Source: Opitutaceae bacterium (GTDB lineage: Bacteria; Verrucomicrobiota; Verrucomicrobiia; Opitutales; Opitutaceae). From it: DNA of 38,174 nt. A program made the translations under genes and the position numbers. The DNA lies in NCBI GenBank assembly GCA_029979145.1, contig JAPOIC010000001.1:1-38174 (forward strand), written 5' to 3'. Shown here in pieces: positions 18,154 through 30,060 of the stretch. The notes beneath the pieces were generated by a model. It ran no database searches. It saw nothing but the letters and a program-made list of their open reading frames with translations, and was not told the DNA's origin. Positions within the stretch are counted from its first letter, which is position 1, and every line of letters begins with the position of its first letter.

Positions 18154-19884
18154 ATGAGCGTCTTCGCCTGGACCGTCCTGATTGTCGGTCTCTCCTTCAC
18201 CCTTTACCTCTACATCGCTTGGCGTTCCCGCGCTGGCTCCACGAGCGAGTTCTACGTCTCCGGCTCGTCCGTGCATCCCGTGCACAACGGCATGGCGACG
18301 GCCGCGGACTGGATGAGCGCCGCATCCTTCATCTCGATGGCGGGCATCATCTCGTTCATGGGCCGCGACGGCGGCGTCTACCTCATGGGCTGGACGGGAG
18401 GCTACGTGCTGCTGGCACTCCTGCTCGCGCCCTACCTGCGCAAGTTCGGCAAATTCACCGTGCCCAACTTTGTCGGTGACCGCTACTACTCGCAGTTCGC
18501 CCGCATCGTCGCTGTGCTCTGTGCGATCGCGGTCTCATTCACCTACGTGGCTGGCCAGATGCGCGGCGTGGGCATCGTGTTCTCGCGCTTTCTGGAGGTC
18601 GACATCAACACCGGCGTGATCATCGGCACCGGCATTGTGTTTTGCTACGCGGTGTTCGGCGGCATGAAGGGCATCACCTACACGCAGGTCGCGCAGTATT
18701 GCGTGCTCATCTTCGCCTACATGGTGCCGGCGATCTTCATCGCCATCATGATGACCGGCAATGCCGTGCCGCAGTTGGGCTTTGGCGCCGCGCTCACCGA
18801 CGGCTCCGGGGTCAACCTGCTCGACAAGCTCGACGGCATCAGCACCGAGCTGGGCTTCGCGGCCTACACCGCCGGCGTGCGGCCGACGATCGACGTCGCC
18901 GCCATCACGCTCGCGCTCATGGTCGGCACCGCCGGCCTGCCCCACGTCATCGTGCGTTTCTACACGGTGCCGAGCGTGCAGGCCGCGCGCTCCTCGGCGT
19001 TCTGGGCGATCCTGTTCATCGCCCTCCTCTACACGACGGCCCCGGCCGTCGCCGCGTTCGCCCGGACGAACCTGCTGACCACGGTCAACAACGCCTCCTA
19101 CGCCGAGGTGCCGGCGTGGTTCAAGAACTGGGAGAAGACGGGCCTGATCACCTTCACCGACAAGAACGGCGACGGGCGCATCCAGTATTACAACGACCAG
19201 AGCAAGGACGCCACCTTCCAAGCCAAGGCCACCGCCGCGGGCTGGCAGGGCAACGAACTCACCATCGACCGCGACATCATGGTTCTCGCCAACCCCGAAA
19301 TCGCCAAGCTGCCTAACTGGGTCATCGGCCTGGTTGCGGCCGGCGCCCTGGCCGCCGCACTGTCGACCGCCGCCGGCCTGCTGCTCGTGATCTCCACCGC
19401 CTTTGCCCACGACTTTGTGAAGTGTTGGGTCAAGCCCGACATCAAGGAAAAGGGCGAACTCAACTGCGCCCGCGCCGCCGCCGGCGTGGCCGTGATCATC
19501 GCCGCCTACTTCGGCATCAATCCGCCGGGCTTCGTCGCGCAGGTCGTGGCCTTCGCCTTCGGTCTCGCCGCCGCGTCATTCTTTCCAGCGATCATCATGG
19601 GCGTGTTCCAAAAACGCATGAACCGCGAGGGTGCGATCACCGGCATGGTGGTCGGCATCGTTTTCACCGCCGCCTACATCATCTGGTTCAAGTTCGTCCA
19701 CCCCGAGAACAACAACCCCGCGCATTGGTGGTTTGGCATTTCACCTGAAGGCATCGGCGCCGTGGGCATGCTGCTCAACGTCGCGGTGGCCCAGCTCATC
19801 GCGCGTTTCACCCCACCGCCGCCGGCCGACGTGCAGGAAGTCGTGGAGCACATCCGCTTCCCGCGCGAGCTCCGGGCGAAGTGA
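18154..19884 (+). CDS. Sodium:solute symporter, ActP/VC_2705-like
   Basis: NGMATAADWMSAASF, GGMKGITYTQVAQY, GTAGLPHVIVRFYTV. Confidence 0.92.
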   Translation: MSVFAWTVLIVGLSFTLYLYIAWRSRAGSTSEFYVSGSSVHPVHNGMATAADWMSAASFISMAGIISFMGRDGGVYLMGWTGGYVLLALLLAPYLRKFGKFTVPNFVGDRYYSQFARIVAVLCAIAVSFTYVAGQMRGVGIVFSRFLEVDINTGVIIGTGIVFCYAVFGGMKGITYTQVAQYCVLIFAYMVPAIFIAIMMTGNAVPQLGFGAALTDGSGVNLLDKLDGISTELGFAAYTAGVRPTIDVAAITLALMVGTAGLPHVIVRFYTVPSVQAARSSAFWAILFIALLYTTAPAVAAFARTNLLTTVNNASYAEVPAWFKNWEKTGLITFTDKNGDGRIQYYNDQSKDATFQAKATAAGWQGNELTIDRDIMVLANPEIAKLPNWVIGLVAAGALAAALSTAAGLLLVISTAFAHDFVKCWVKPDIKEKGELNCARAAAGVAVIIAAYFGINPPGFVAQVVAFAFGLAAASFFPAIIMGVFQKRMNREGAITGMVVGIVFTAAYIIWFKFVHPENNNPAHWWFGISPEGIGAVGMLLNVAVAQLIARFTPPPPADVQEVVEHIRFPRELRAK

Positions 19885-19885
19885 C

Positions 19886-20914
19886 TTAGGTAGTCACGCC
19901 GGGAAAGGGCGTGGCCGTCTCGCTCTTAAGGCCGCGATTCATCAGGGCCTGCAGGGCTGAGGCCGGGGCCTTGTCCTCGTAGAGGATCGCATGAATCTCG
20001 TGCAGGATGGGCGCATCGATGTCCCGCTCCTGGCACAACTCGGCGAAGGCTCGCGTGGTCCGGTAGCCTTCAACCACGGTCTTGCGACCGGCAATGACTT
20101 CGGCGGCATGGGCACCGGCGCCGATCTGCTCGCCGAACTGCCGGTTCCGGCTCCACGCACCGTGGCAGGTGCCGACGAGGTCGCCGAAACCGCTAAGGCC
20201 GTAAAACGTCTCCGGGTGCGCCCCGAGGGCGACGCCGACGCGGACCATCTCCGTCAACGCGCGCGTGAGCAGTGCGGCCCGAGCGTTGTCGCCCAACTTG
20301 AGGCCGTCGCAACAACCCGCCGCGATGGCGTAGATATTCTTAAGGCAACCGCCCAGTTCGGCGCCCACGAGATCCTCGCCGGTGTAGACCCGGAGCATCG
20401 GACTGCTGAGCGCGGCCTGAACCTCCCGGAGCGACGACGCCGGCTGGGCACTAGCGAGCACCATGGCCGCGGGTCGCCGGCCGGCGACTTCCTCGGCATT
20501 CGTCGGGCCCGTCAATGCCCCGACGGGAATCCCGGGCAAGATTTCAGCGATGATTTCAGACGGCCGCTTGTGCGTGCCGATTTCCAAGCCCTTGACCAAA
20601 CTCAACACCAAGGCCGGCGCAGCACCGGCCGGCAGCGCGGAACGGATACTCTGGCAGGTATCGCGGAGCGCATGGGAGGGACAGGCCAAGAGGATTACCT
20701 TGGTCAAATTGAGCGACGCGGCCAAATCGGCGGTGATTGACAGGCCGTCCGGCAGCGAGATTCCGGGCAGGTAGTCGGCGTTCTCCCGGCTGGCCGCCAA
20801 AGCGGCAGCGTGTTCAGGTCGACGAGGCACCAAAGTCGCGGGGTGACCGGAACGAACCAGGTGCACGGCAAAGGCCGTGCCCCAGGCGCCCGCTCCAATA
20901 ACCGTGAACTTCAT
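19886..20914 (-). CDS. gpsA: NAD(P)H-dependent glycerol-3-phosphate dehydrogenase
   Basis: GAGAWGTA, GPTNAEEV, ELGGCLKNIYAIAAG, GLSGFGDLVGTC, SRNR. Confidence 0.95.
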   Translation of the reverse strand: MKFTVIGAGAWGTAFAVHLVRSGHPATLVPRRPEHAAALAASRENADYLPGISLPDGLSITADLAASLNLTKVILLACPSHALRDTCQSIRSALPAGAAPALVLSLVKGLEIGTHKRPSEIIAEILPGIPVGALTGPTNAEEVAGRRPAAMVLASAQPASSLREVQAALSSPMLRVYTGEDLVGAELGGCLKNIYAIAAGCCDGLKLGDNARAALLTRALTEMVRVGVALGAHPETFYGLSGFGDLVGTCHGAWSRNRQFGEQIGAGAHAAEVIAGRKTVVEGYRTTRAFAELCQERDIDAPILHEIHAILYEDKAPASALQALMNRGLKSETATPFPGVTT

Positions 20915-20966
20915 GCCCAAGGGTTAAGGCGCTTCTCGCGCGGGAGCACGATTTTTTTCCAAGGCC

Positions 20967-22274
20967 TTAACCTTCGAGAAAGGCAGGGATTTTTTCGTTG
21001 GCCGTCATTTGGGCGAAGGTTTCTCGCGCCGTAACCATCTCGAACGCGCTACCTTGCACCAAAACCTCGGCCGGCAGCGGCCGGCTGTTGTAGCGGCTGG
21101 CCATCGAAAATCCGTAGGCGCCTGCGCTCATCAGCGCCAACAACTCGCCCTCGCCCAGCTCCTGCAATTGGCGGTCACGCGCAAAGCAATCGCTGCTTTC
21201 GCAGATGGGACCGACCACGTCTGCCACCAGCGCTCGACGGGACGTGTCGCGCTGGAGCGGCACAATCTCGTGACGGCCGTCATAAAGCGCCGGTCGCAGC
21301 AGATCGTTCATGCCGGCGTCGATCACCAAGAAGGCCTTGCCGTCGCCGCGCTTGAGGTGTTCCACCCGGGACAGCAGGACCCCGGCGTTGGCGACAAGGA
21401 AACGCCCGTGCTCCAGCAGGATTCTCACGTCTAGCGGCTGCAGCAGCGGTAGCAATGCCTCGCCGTAAACTTCGGGGGTGAGCGGCCGCTGGGCCACGGG
21501 CTTGGCGTCCCACCACTCGGCTCGGCCGCTGGCCAACGCGTCGTCGTAAACCACGCCCATGCCCCCGCCGATGGAGAAATACTCGATACCATGGGCGCGT
21601 CTCAACTCGGCCACGAACGGAGCGGCCTTGGCCACCGCGTCCACAAACGGTCCGACCTCGGTCAGCTGCGAGCCAATGTGCATCTGCACGCCCCGAAGGG
21701 TCACGTGCCGGAGCTTGCCCAAGGCCTCGTGGATACGCTCGGCTTGGGCCAGAGGGATGCCGAATTTGTTGCCGCGCTTGCCCGTGGTGATCTTGGCGTG
21801 AGTCTTGGCGTCGACGTCCGGATTAATCCGCAGGGCCACCGGGGCCGGCCGGCCAAGGGTGCCGGCGACATGGTTGATGCGGGCCAGCTCGGGCTCACTC
21901 TCGACGTGCAGCGCCATCACCCCGTGCTCAAGGGCGAGCCGGATTTCGTCCTCCGACTTGCCCACCCCGGCAAAGACACTTCGCGAAAGATCCCCTCCAG
22001 CTGCGAGCACCCGGCGGATTTCGCCGCCGCTGACCAAGTCAAACCCCGCGCCTAGCTGGTGGAGGTGACGCAGCACGGCGAGGTTGGAGTTGGCCTTCAC
22101 GGCATAGCAGATGCCCACATCAAGCCCCGGGAGACAGGTGGCCAGCCGGCGGTAATTGTCCGCAATGGTCGTCGCGCTGTAGACGTAGGTGGGGGTCCCG
22201 TAGAGCCGCGCCACCGCCGCGAGGTCAACTGACTCGCAGTGCAGATTCTGGTTCGTGTAGTGGAAGTGGTGCAT
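20967..22274 (-). CDS. lysA: Diaminopimelate decarboxylase
   Basis: YAVKANSN, HIGSQ, GRFLVANAG, GPICESSD, GAYGFSMASRYNSRP. Confidence 0.95.
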   Translation of the reverse strand: MHHFHYTNQNLHCESVDLAAVARLYGTPTYVYSATTIADNYRRLATCLPGLDVGICYAVKANSNLAVLRHLHQLGAGFDLVSGGEIRRVLAAGGDLSRSVFAGVGKSEDEIRLALEHGVMALHVESEPELARINHVAGTLGRPAPVALRINPDVDAKTHAKITTGKRGNKFGIPLAQAERIHEALGKLRHVTLRGVQMHIGSQLTEVGPFVDAVAKAAPFVAELRRAHGIEYFSIGGGMGVVYDDALASGRAEWWDAKPVAQRPLTPEVYGEALLPLLQPLDVRILLEHGRFLVANAGVLLSRVEHLKRGDGKAFLVIDAGMNDLLRPALYDGRHEIVPLQRDTSRRALVADVVGPICESSDCFARDRQLQELGEGELLALMSAGAYGFSMASRYNSRPLPAEVLVQGSAFEMVTARETFAQMTANEKIPAFLEG

Positions 22275-22359
22275 GGGGCCGCCGGAAAAATGATGTCAAA
22301 ACCGCGCGCTTGGCGAGTTTGACCTTGAAAAGGCAGGGGCGAATTTTGCCAATGGCGGT

Positions 22360-22614
22360 GTGTTGCGCGCCCTGATCAATTTCCTGCACCGTCCTGCCAT
22401 CCGCTTGGGTTTGGAGCAGGATCGTCGCCGCTCCCTGCGGGACCCGCGCTTCGTGAGCTTCATGGCCTCGAGCAATCGCAAGACGCTCGACACCCATTTC
22501 CACGACACGGTGATGCGCGGCCGCCGGCTGTTGCGCCACGGCTTGGTGGCATTGGCCGCCGCCGGATTTGCCTGGATCGCGATTGAGAGCGCCAAGGCGC
22601 TCTCGGTTTTCTGA
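22360..22614 (+). CDS. Small hypothetical protein with C-terminal TM helix
   Basis: Fills the gap divergent from lysA; hydrophobic GLVALAAAGFAWIAI; TTGACC upstream. Confidence 0.6.
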   Translation: MLRALINFLHRPAIRLGLEQDRRRSLRDPRFVSFMASSNRKTLDTHFHDTVMRGRRLLRHGLVALAAAGFAWIAIESAKALSVF

Positions 22615-22670
22615 GGCACACCGCTTCACGCGGTCTTGCGGTCGGGACGACCGGTCGTTGTCATTCGGGC

Positions 22671-23141
22671 ATGACCTCAATCCGTTTTCTTTCGGTGCTG
22701 GCCCTGCTGTGCGGCCTCCTCGCGTCCGGTTGCCAGACCCGCTATAGCGTGGGCGAAATTTCCGTGTCGGTGGTCGATCTCCGACCCGCCGGCAGCACCC
22801 TGCTGGAATCCCGCGCGGTGATGACCGTGCGCTACTTCAACGAGAACGTCGTCCCGGTCGCGTTCTCGGACACCAGCCACAAGCTCTACCTCAACGGCTC
22901 CTACGTGGGCAAAGCCGTCAGTAACCAGGCCGTCGGCCTTCCCCCGGCGAGCACGGTCACGCAGGAGGTCGTCGTGTTTCTGGAGAATGTCCCACTGGTG
23001 AACCAGCTCGCCCGCATGGGCCAGGACCGTTCGGTGAGCTACAAGCTCGTCAGCGTGCTCACCTACCGGAAGGGCGACGACACTGAGCGCATCCCGGCCG
23101 AGGCCAGTGGCACGATCGACCTGTCGACTTTGCTGCAATAA
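22671..23141 (+). CDS. LEA_2/WHy-domain lipoprotein
   Basis: Lipobox ASGC; NENVVP...LYLNGSYVGKAVS pattern. Confidence 0.75.
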   Translation: MTSIRFLSVLALLCGLLASGCQTRYSVGEISVSVVDLRPAGSTLLESRAVMTVRYFNENVVPVAFSDTSHKLYLNGSYVGKAVSNQAVGLPPASTVTQEVVVFLENVPLVNQLARMGQDRSVSYKLVSVLTYRKGDDTERIPAEASGTIDLSTLLQ

Positions 23142-23147
23142 ACAGAA

Positions 23148-23177
23148 AAGCGGCCCCCGCGTGAGCAGGGACCGCTT
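23148..23177. terminator. Probable bidirectional terminator hairpin
   Basis: AAGCGG-CCCC-CGC-GTGA-GCA-GGGA-CCGCTT between convergent genes; A run on the left. Confidence 0.65.
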
Positions 23178-23219
23178 CCAGTGCAGCCCGGCGGAGATCA
23201 AGCCGCCGGACCGCAGGAG

Positions 23220-23369
23220 TTAAACGCGGACAACGGCATAGTCGTTGCAGGCGGTGCCGAGGATCCCGGCGACGCACACCACGGAGAGGGCGGCGGCCAC
23301 ACCGCCACCGAGGGCGAGGGCGGCCAGGCCGCAGATAAGGACGAATCCGATGTAGAGGTTGGTTTTCAT
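23220..23369 (-). CDS. Small (49 aa) hydrophobic membrane protein
   Basis: MKTNLYIGFVLICGLAALALGGGVAAALSVVCVAGILGTACNDY; followed by a terminator. Confidence 0.55.
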   Translation of the reverse strand: MKTNLYIGFVLICGLAALALGGGVAAALSVVCVAGILGTACNDYAVVRV

Positions 23370-23461
23370 GGTTGAAACGAGTGTTGCCATGAAAACCCGG
23401 CGGGCCGCGGAAAGTCGCAAAAACTTTCCTGCCTCCTCCAAACTTGCGCGGAAACGCCGCG

Positions 23462-24274
23462 TCAGGCGCCGCCGGAATTAGCCGCCGGCTTGGCCTTGAA
23501 GGCCGCGCGGAAACTCGCGCCGAGATACTCGCGGTTCATCTTCGCGATGAAGTCGTGCGAGATGAGCTTGGGACACGCAGCGGAACATTCGAATTGGTTC
23601 GTGCAATTGCCGAAGCCGAGTTCGTCCATCTTCGCCACCATGTTCAGCACGCGCGTATCACGTTCGGGCTGGCCCTGCGGCAAGAGCGCATACTGCGAGA
23701 CCTTGGCCGAGACAAAGAGCATGGCCGACGCGTTCTTGCAGGCCGCGACGCAGGCACCGCAGCCGATGCACGCGGCGGCGTCCATCGCAAGGTCCGCGTT
23801 CTCCTTCGAGATCGGCAGCGCGTTGGCGTCCTGCGCGGCACCCGTGCGGATGCTGATGAAGCCGCCCGCCTGCTGAATCTTGTCGAAGGCAGAGCGGTCG
23901 GTGACGAGGTCCTTGATGACCGGGAAAGGTTCCGCGCGGAACGGCTCGACGGTGATCACCGCACCGTCCTCGAAGCTGCGCATGTAGGTCTGGCAGGAGG
24001 CGATGCCCGTGTGCGGGCCGTGCGGCTTGCCGTCGATGACGAGAGAGCAGGTGCCGCAGATGCCTTCGCGACAATCGTGAGCGAACGCGATCGGATCCTC
24101 GCCGCGGCGCTCAAGGTCGTCGTTCACGACGTCGAGCATCTCGAGGAACGACATGTTCGGGTTGCAGTTCTGCGCCTGATACTCGACGAAGCGACCCGGC
24201 TGGTCCGCCGCAGCCTGACGCCAGATGCGCAGGGTGACCGAGATGTTCTTGGAGGAAGGATTGTCAGCGACCAT
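23462..24274 (-). CDS. sdhB: Succinate dehydrogenase/fumarate reductase iron-sulfur subunit
   Basis: [32 protein letters not shown]. Confidence 0.95.
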   Translation of the reverse strand: MVADNPSSKNISVTLRIWRQAAADQPGRFVEYQAQNCNPNMSFLEMLDVVNDDLERRGEDPIAFAHDCREGICGTCSLVIDGKPHGPHTGIASCQTYMRSFEDGAVITVEPFRAEPFPVIKDLVTDRSAFDKIQQAGGFISIRTGAAQDANALPISKENADLAMDAAACIGCGACVAACKNASAMLFVSAKVSQYALLPQGQPERDTRVLNMVAKMDELGFGNCTNQFECSAACPKLISHDFIAKMNREYLGASFRAAFKAKPAANSGGA

Positions 24275-24307
24275 CGGAGGGAAGGGATGCGGGTTGGGCC
24301 GGGCGGA

Positions 24308-26293
<1,986 letters not shown>

Positions 26294-26301
26294 GGCGGGA
26301 C

Positions 26302-27078
26302 TCAGTTCTGGGCGGAAACGGGGGCGTGCACTTGGGCGTCCGGATGCGGCTTGAGCGCGCCGGTAAGAATCGCTCCAGGGATCGCGAAATTGCCGAGGAA
26401 GTAGAGCAGGCAGATCAGCGCCACGACCTTGCGCAGGCGGCCGGCCCAGGTCTGGGAGCGCCATCCGATCGTTTGGAAGAGGCTGTCCATGCCGTGCAGC
26501 AGGTGAAAAGAAAGCAGGCCGACGGCGATGATGTAGAAGATCGCGACCGGCGCGCTTTCAAAACCGCGGTAGACCATGAGGTAGACGTTATCGACCTCGG
26601 TGCCCGCAGCGACAACCGGGAAGCCGGCGACGGAGTAAGCCTCGCGCATCACGTAGCTGTGGCCGTCCTTGAAGTCGGCCGGATTGGTCACGCCGAGTGT
26701 GAAGTGCAGCAGGTGGTAGATGATGAACGCCAGCACGACGTAGCCGGTCCAGCGGATGTAACGCGACGCGAGCGAGGCCTTGATCCAATGCTTGCCCGTG
26801 GGCGTAACCCCGCGCGCCTTGCGGTTTTCGATGGTCAGCACCGTGGCGGACCAGACGTGAAGGATCACGCTCACGAGGAGCCCGATGCGCGCGACCCAGA
26901 GCAGCGGGCCGGTCTGGTGGAGAAATTGTGCGTAGCCGTTGATCTTGTCGGGGTGATCAAAGATCTGGAGGTTGCCCACCAGGTGGCCGATGACGAAACC
27001 GACCAAAATGACACCCGTGACGGCCATGATGAACTTCCGGCCGATGGATGAGCGAAAAAGAGAAGCGAGGGGACTCAT
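26302..27078 (-). CDS. sdhC: Succinate dehydrogenase cytochrome b558 subunit
   Basis: [19 protein letters not shown], heme His residues, HG..SLFQTIG. Confidence 0.93.
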   Translation of the reverse strand: MSPLASLFRSSIGRKFIMAVTGVILVGFVIGHLVGNLQIFDHPDKINGYAQFLHQTGPLLWVARIGLLVSVILHVWSATVLTIENRKARGVTPTGKHWIKASLASRYIRWTGYVVLAFIIYHLLHFTLGVTNPADFKDGHSYVMREAYSVAGFPVVAAGTEVDNVYLMVYRGFESAPVAIFYIIAVGLLSFHLLHGMDSLFQTIGWRSQTWAGRLRKVVALICLLYFLGNFAIPGAILTGALKPHPDAQVHAPVSAQN

Positions 27079-27238
27079 GAGGGCAGGTCAGGAAGCGGGG
27101 GCTAACGCATCCGGCCCAATGGGTAAGCCAAAATCGCCGGGGTTGTAAAGGTCGCGGCTCGTCCCGCACCAAGCCGCGGGGGAATATTAGGGACCCTAAC
27201 CGATTCGAGAAGCGCTTCGGGGTCACCCCGGCGGCGCC

Positions 27239-28495
27239 CTACTTCGCCTGTGGCTTAAGCAAACTGAACTTGCCGCTCGCGGTCGGGGCGATGACCCGGC
27301 GCCGGAAGGCATTCACGCGCACGCCCTCGCCCAGCATCGCCGCCAAGGCGGACTCGATCTCCGGGCTCGCGGTCTCGTCGGCGACGTAATGGAAGTCCCA
27401 GCGATTGGCGCTGGTTTGCACGAGGCTGTAGTGCCAGCAGGCGAAGTCAGCCGGCAGCGCCGCGTCGACGTCGTAGACGGACACGATTGAGCCATCCGGC
27501 CGGAAATACAGGTCGCGCTCGCGGCCGAGCAAGCGGAAGCCAGTCGGCAGCTTCTGCACGATGTCGCCCGTGTGGTAGCGCAGAAGCGGCATGGCCGTGC
27601 GATCGCGGGTGGTGACGTGGATCTGGAAAACATCCGCGAGCCCCTCGCGCCACGGCACGAGCTCAATGAACGCATTGGCGTCGATGGCCTGCGAGTTGTC
27701 CTTAAAAGCCTCGCCGACGAACAGGTATCCCGCCTCGGTCGAGCCGTAGAGATCGACCTGTGGCGCAGGAAACACCTCGGCGATGCGCGCCGCATGTTGG
27801 CGGCTGGCCTTGCCGTAGGTCAGGATCACGGCCTTCACGCTCGACACCTGCACGCCGCGCTTGGCGACGGCCCGGGCCAGCAGTGAAAGATACACCGGCT
27901 CGCCCTCGATCACTTCCGGCTTGGTCGCCTGGAGCTCCACGACGATGCGGTCCCATTCACTCTCAGGAAACGAGAACGGATCACTCGAAAGATTCAAGTA
28001 GACCGTGCCGTTGAAGTAACGGTGCGGAAACGGATGGTCCTCGTAAGGACATAGGTTGCTCGAGCACCCGATTGGCGCGAGGACGCACTTGCGGTAGGGT
28101 CGTCCGACAAATTGGCGCAGAATCGGCGAGGCTTGATAGGCGCGCTCGGTCTGCGCGTCCCACCAGCCCTCTTCCATGATCACGGTCATGGGCGACTGCG
28201 TGGTGCCGCCGGTGGACTCGTATTCAAAGCGCTTGTCCTGCAGGCCGCGCTCGATTTCCGCGTAGTCACCAAAGAAAGCCTGGTGCCCGCGCTCCACGAT
28301 TTCCTGTTTCGAGAGCGCCGGCATCTCGCGGTAACACGACCATTGCAACGGTTCGGTATGCAGCGGAAAGCGCTGGCCGTAAAGCGGGCTGGACGAATAA
28401 ATCCGCCGGATTTCCTCCTCCAATGCCGTCGGCACGCGCGCGGCGTCCACGGGGTTCTCCATGGGGTGGGAGTTGGCAAAGGCGGGGGCGGACAT
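27239..28495 (-). CDS. Phenylacetate-CoA ligase (PaaK/CapK)-like adenylate-forming enzyme
   Basis: STGGTT loop, YGSTEAG, PLLRYHTGD, LLGR, SGKF; start ATG 28495. Confidence 0.8.
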   Translation of the reverse strand: MSAPAFANSHPMENPVDAARVPTALEEEIRRIYSSSPLYGQRFPLHTEPLQWSCYREMPALSKQEIVERGHQAFFGDYAEIERGLQDKRFEYESTGGTTQSPMTVIMEEGWWDAQTERAYQASPILRQFVGRPYRKCVLAPIGCSSNLCPYEDHPFPHRYFNGTVYLNLSSDPFSFPESEWDRIVVELQATKPEVIEGEPVYLSLLARAVAKRGVQVSSVKAVILTYGKASRQHAARIAEVFPAPQVDLYGSTEAGYLFVGEAFKDNSQAIDANAFIELVPWREGLADVFQIHVTTRDRTAMPLLRYHTGDIVQKLPTGFRLLGRERDLYFRPDGSIVSVYDVDAALPADFACWHYSLVQTSANRWDFHYVADETASPEIESALAAMLGEGVRVNAFRRRVIAPTASGKFSLLKPQAK

Positions 28496-28536
28496 GACGG
28501 ACAACGTTGGGCAGGAAACGGCTCGGCCGGGCGAAG

Positions 28537-29115
28537 TCAAATGCCGCGGGCCTTCATTTCGGCCCACACCGGTTCGAAGAGAAAGAGTGCATTAAGCACA
28601 AGGCTGTGGCGAATCTCGCCGCTCCGGGCCGCGGCCATCACCTCGTCGACCGGTTGCAGGCGCACCTCGATTTCTTCATCGGCATCCCACTCCATCTCCG
28701 CGCGGCGCTGCGCGCCGGTGATCAGCACGATGTGACAGGTGTTGCTTTGGATCGCGGGATTCGGATCGACGGTGCCGAGGAGCCGCGGGGCGCCGCCGAT
28801 GAAGCCGGTCTCCTCGCGCAATTCCCGCGTCGCCGTCGCGAGCGGTGACTCCGCCGGGTCCATCAAGCCGCCCGGAATCTCCACGGTGAAGTCATCTACG
28901 CCGAAACGAAACTGGCGCACGAGCACGAGCTGGTGATCCGGTGTGACCGCGATGATGTTGACCCAGCCCGGCGGCCGCATGACGACAAAATCCTTCTCCG
29001 TGCCACGACGCGGATGCCGAAACCGCACGCTGTGCAAATCAAAGACCCGCGTGCGCGCGAGAATGGTGTGGCCCTGCGGCTCCCAGCGGGCGGGCGATGG
29101 ATCGGGGTCAGGCAT
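28537..29115 (-). CDS. NUDIX hydrolase (ADP-ribose pyrophosphatase-like)
   Basis: Nudix box GGLMDPAESPLATATRELREETG; LVRQFRFG. Confidence 0.9.
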   Translation of the reverse strand: MPDPDPSPARWEPQGHTILARTRVFDLHSVRFRHPRRGTEKDFVVMRPPGWVNIIAVTPDHQLVLVRQFRFGVDDFTVEIPGGLMDPAESPLATATRELREETGFIGGAPRLLGTVDPNPAIQSNTCHIVLITGAQRRAEMEWDADEEIEVRLQPVDEVMAAARSGEIRHSLVLNALFLFEPVWAEMKARGI

Positions 29116-29120
29116 CGGTC

Positions 29121-29157
29121 AAAAAAAATGCCTCCTGACCAAGGGTCGAGGAGGCAT
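29121..29157 (-). terminator. Intrinsic terminator after the LysM gene
   Basis: Minus strand TGCCTCCT-C-GACC-ctt-GGTC-AGGAGGCA followed by T8. Confidence 0.85.
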
Positions 29158-29177
29158 CAGCAATACGAGCGCGAAGA

Positions 29178-29675
29178 TTATTTCTTCGGCAACTTCAGCT
29201 TCTGGCCGACATCGAGGCGGTTCCAGTTCACGCCGGGATTGACGGAGAGCAGGTCGGGCAGTGACACGCCCTTGGCGCGGGCGATCTTCGCACCGGTGTC
29301 ACCGGACTTGACGATGTATTCGTCAGGGCCAGCCACGGCGGGCGCACCACCACCGGCCTTCGGCGCGGCTTTCGGGGCTTCCTCCAACTTGGTGATCGCG
29401 GCACGCAGGCTCGCGAGCTCGGGGCCAACCTGGTTGAAGGCGTCCTGCGTCGAGCGCGTGAGCGTGGCGAGATCGCGCGAGGCCTTCGCGGCGCTCTCAG
29501 ACGCGGTGCTCACCTGGCTTTCGAAGGTGTCAACGCGCGCCTTTTGCTCGGCCAGCGTGCGATTCACGCTGGAAAGTTTGATGGCGGAATATCCGCCAAG
29601 CAGGAGCCCGATGACGCCGACGATAATTCCGCCGACGGGCAGCATGCTGTTATTTTCACGAGAAATAGTGTCCAT
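29178..29675 (-). CDS. Membrane-anchored coiled-coil protein with C-terminal LysM domain
   Basis: N-terminal TM; YIVKSGDTGAKIA...NPGVNWNRLDVGQKLKLP. Confidence 0.9.
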   Translation of the reverse strand: MDTISRENNSMLPVGGIIVGVIGLLLGGYSAIKLSSVNRTLAEQKARVDTFESQVSTASESAAKASRDLATLTRSTQDAFNQVGPELASLRAAITKLEEAPKAAPKAGGGAPAVAGPDEYIVKSGDTGAKIARAKGVSLPDLLSVNPGVNWNRLDVGQKLKLPKK

Positions 29676-29862
29676 GGGTCAAAGGAGGGTGCCTAGGAGA
29701 ACTAACCCATCGCCCCCCTGACGCAAGGATAGATTATTAACAGCCCAGCACTTGCCGAATTTTACGGTCTCCAAACACCATCGCCCAACCCCACAAGAAC
29801 GCCGCGGTTGGAGCCGGTCATTGACAACCCCGGGCGATTCGTGCCCCTTGGGCCGCGGTTTT

Positions 29863-29939
29863 CGGGGCGTAGCTTAGCCTGGTAGAGCGCCTGGTTTGGG
29901 ACCAGGAGGCCGGGGGTTCAAATCCCTCCGCCCCGACCA
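29863..29939 (+). tRNA. tRNA-Pro(TGG)
   Basis: CGGGGCG...CGCCCCG-A-CCA; anticodon arm CCTGG-TT-TGG-GA-CCAGG; TTGACA at 29821. Confidence 0.96.
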
Positions 29940-30060
29940 CTGCCAGAACCCACGCGGGGTTACCTCGGGCATGCCGTGGAGTGATGCTTAATTGGCATGA
30001 TTCGCGGTTTAGTCGCCGAATCGCCGCAAACATGGTCGGAGCACCATCAGCTTCTCCGCC

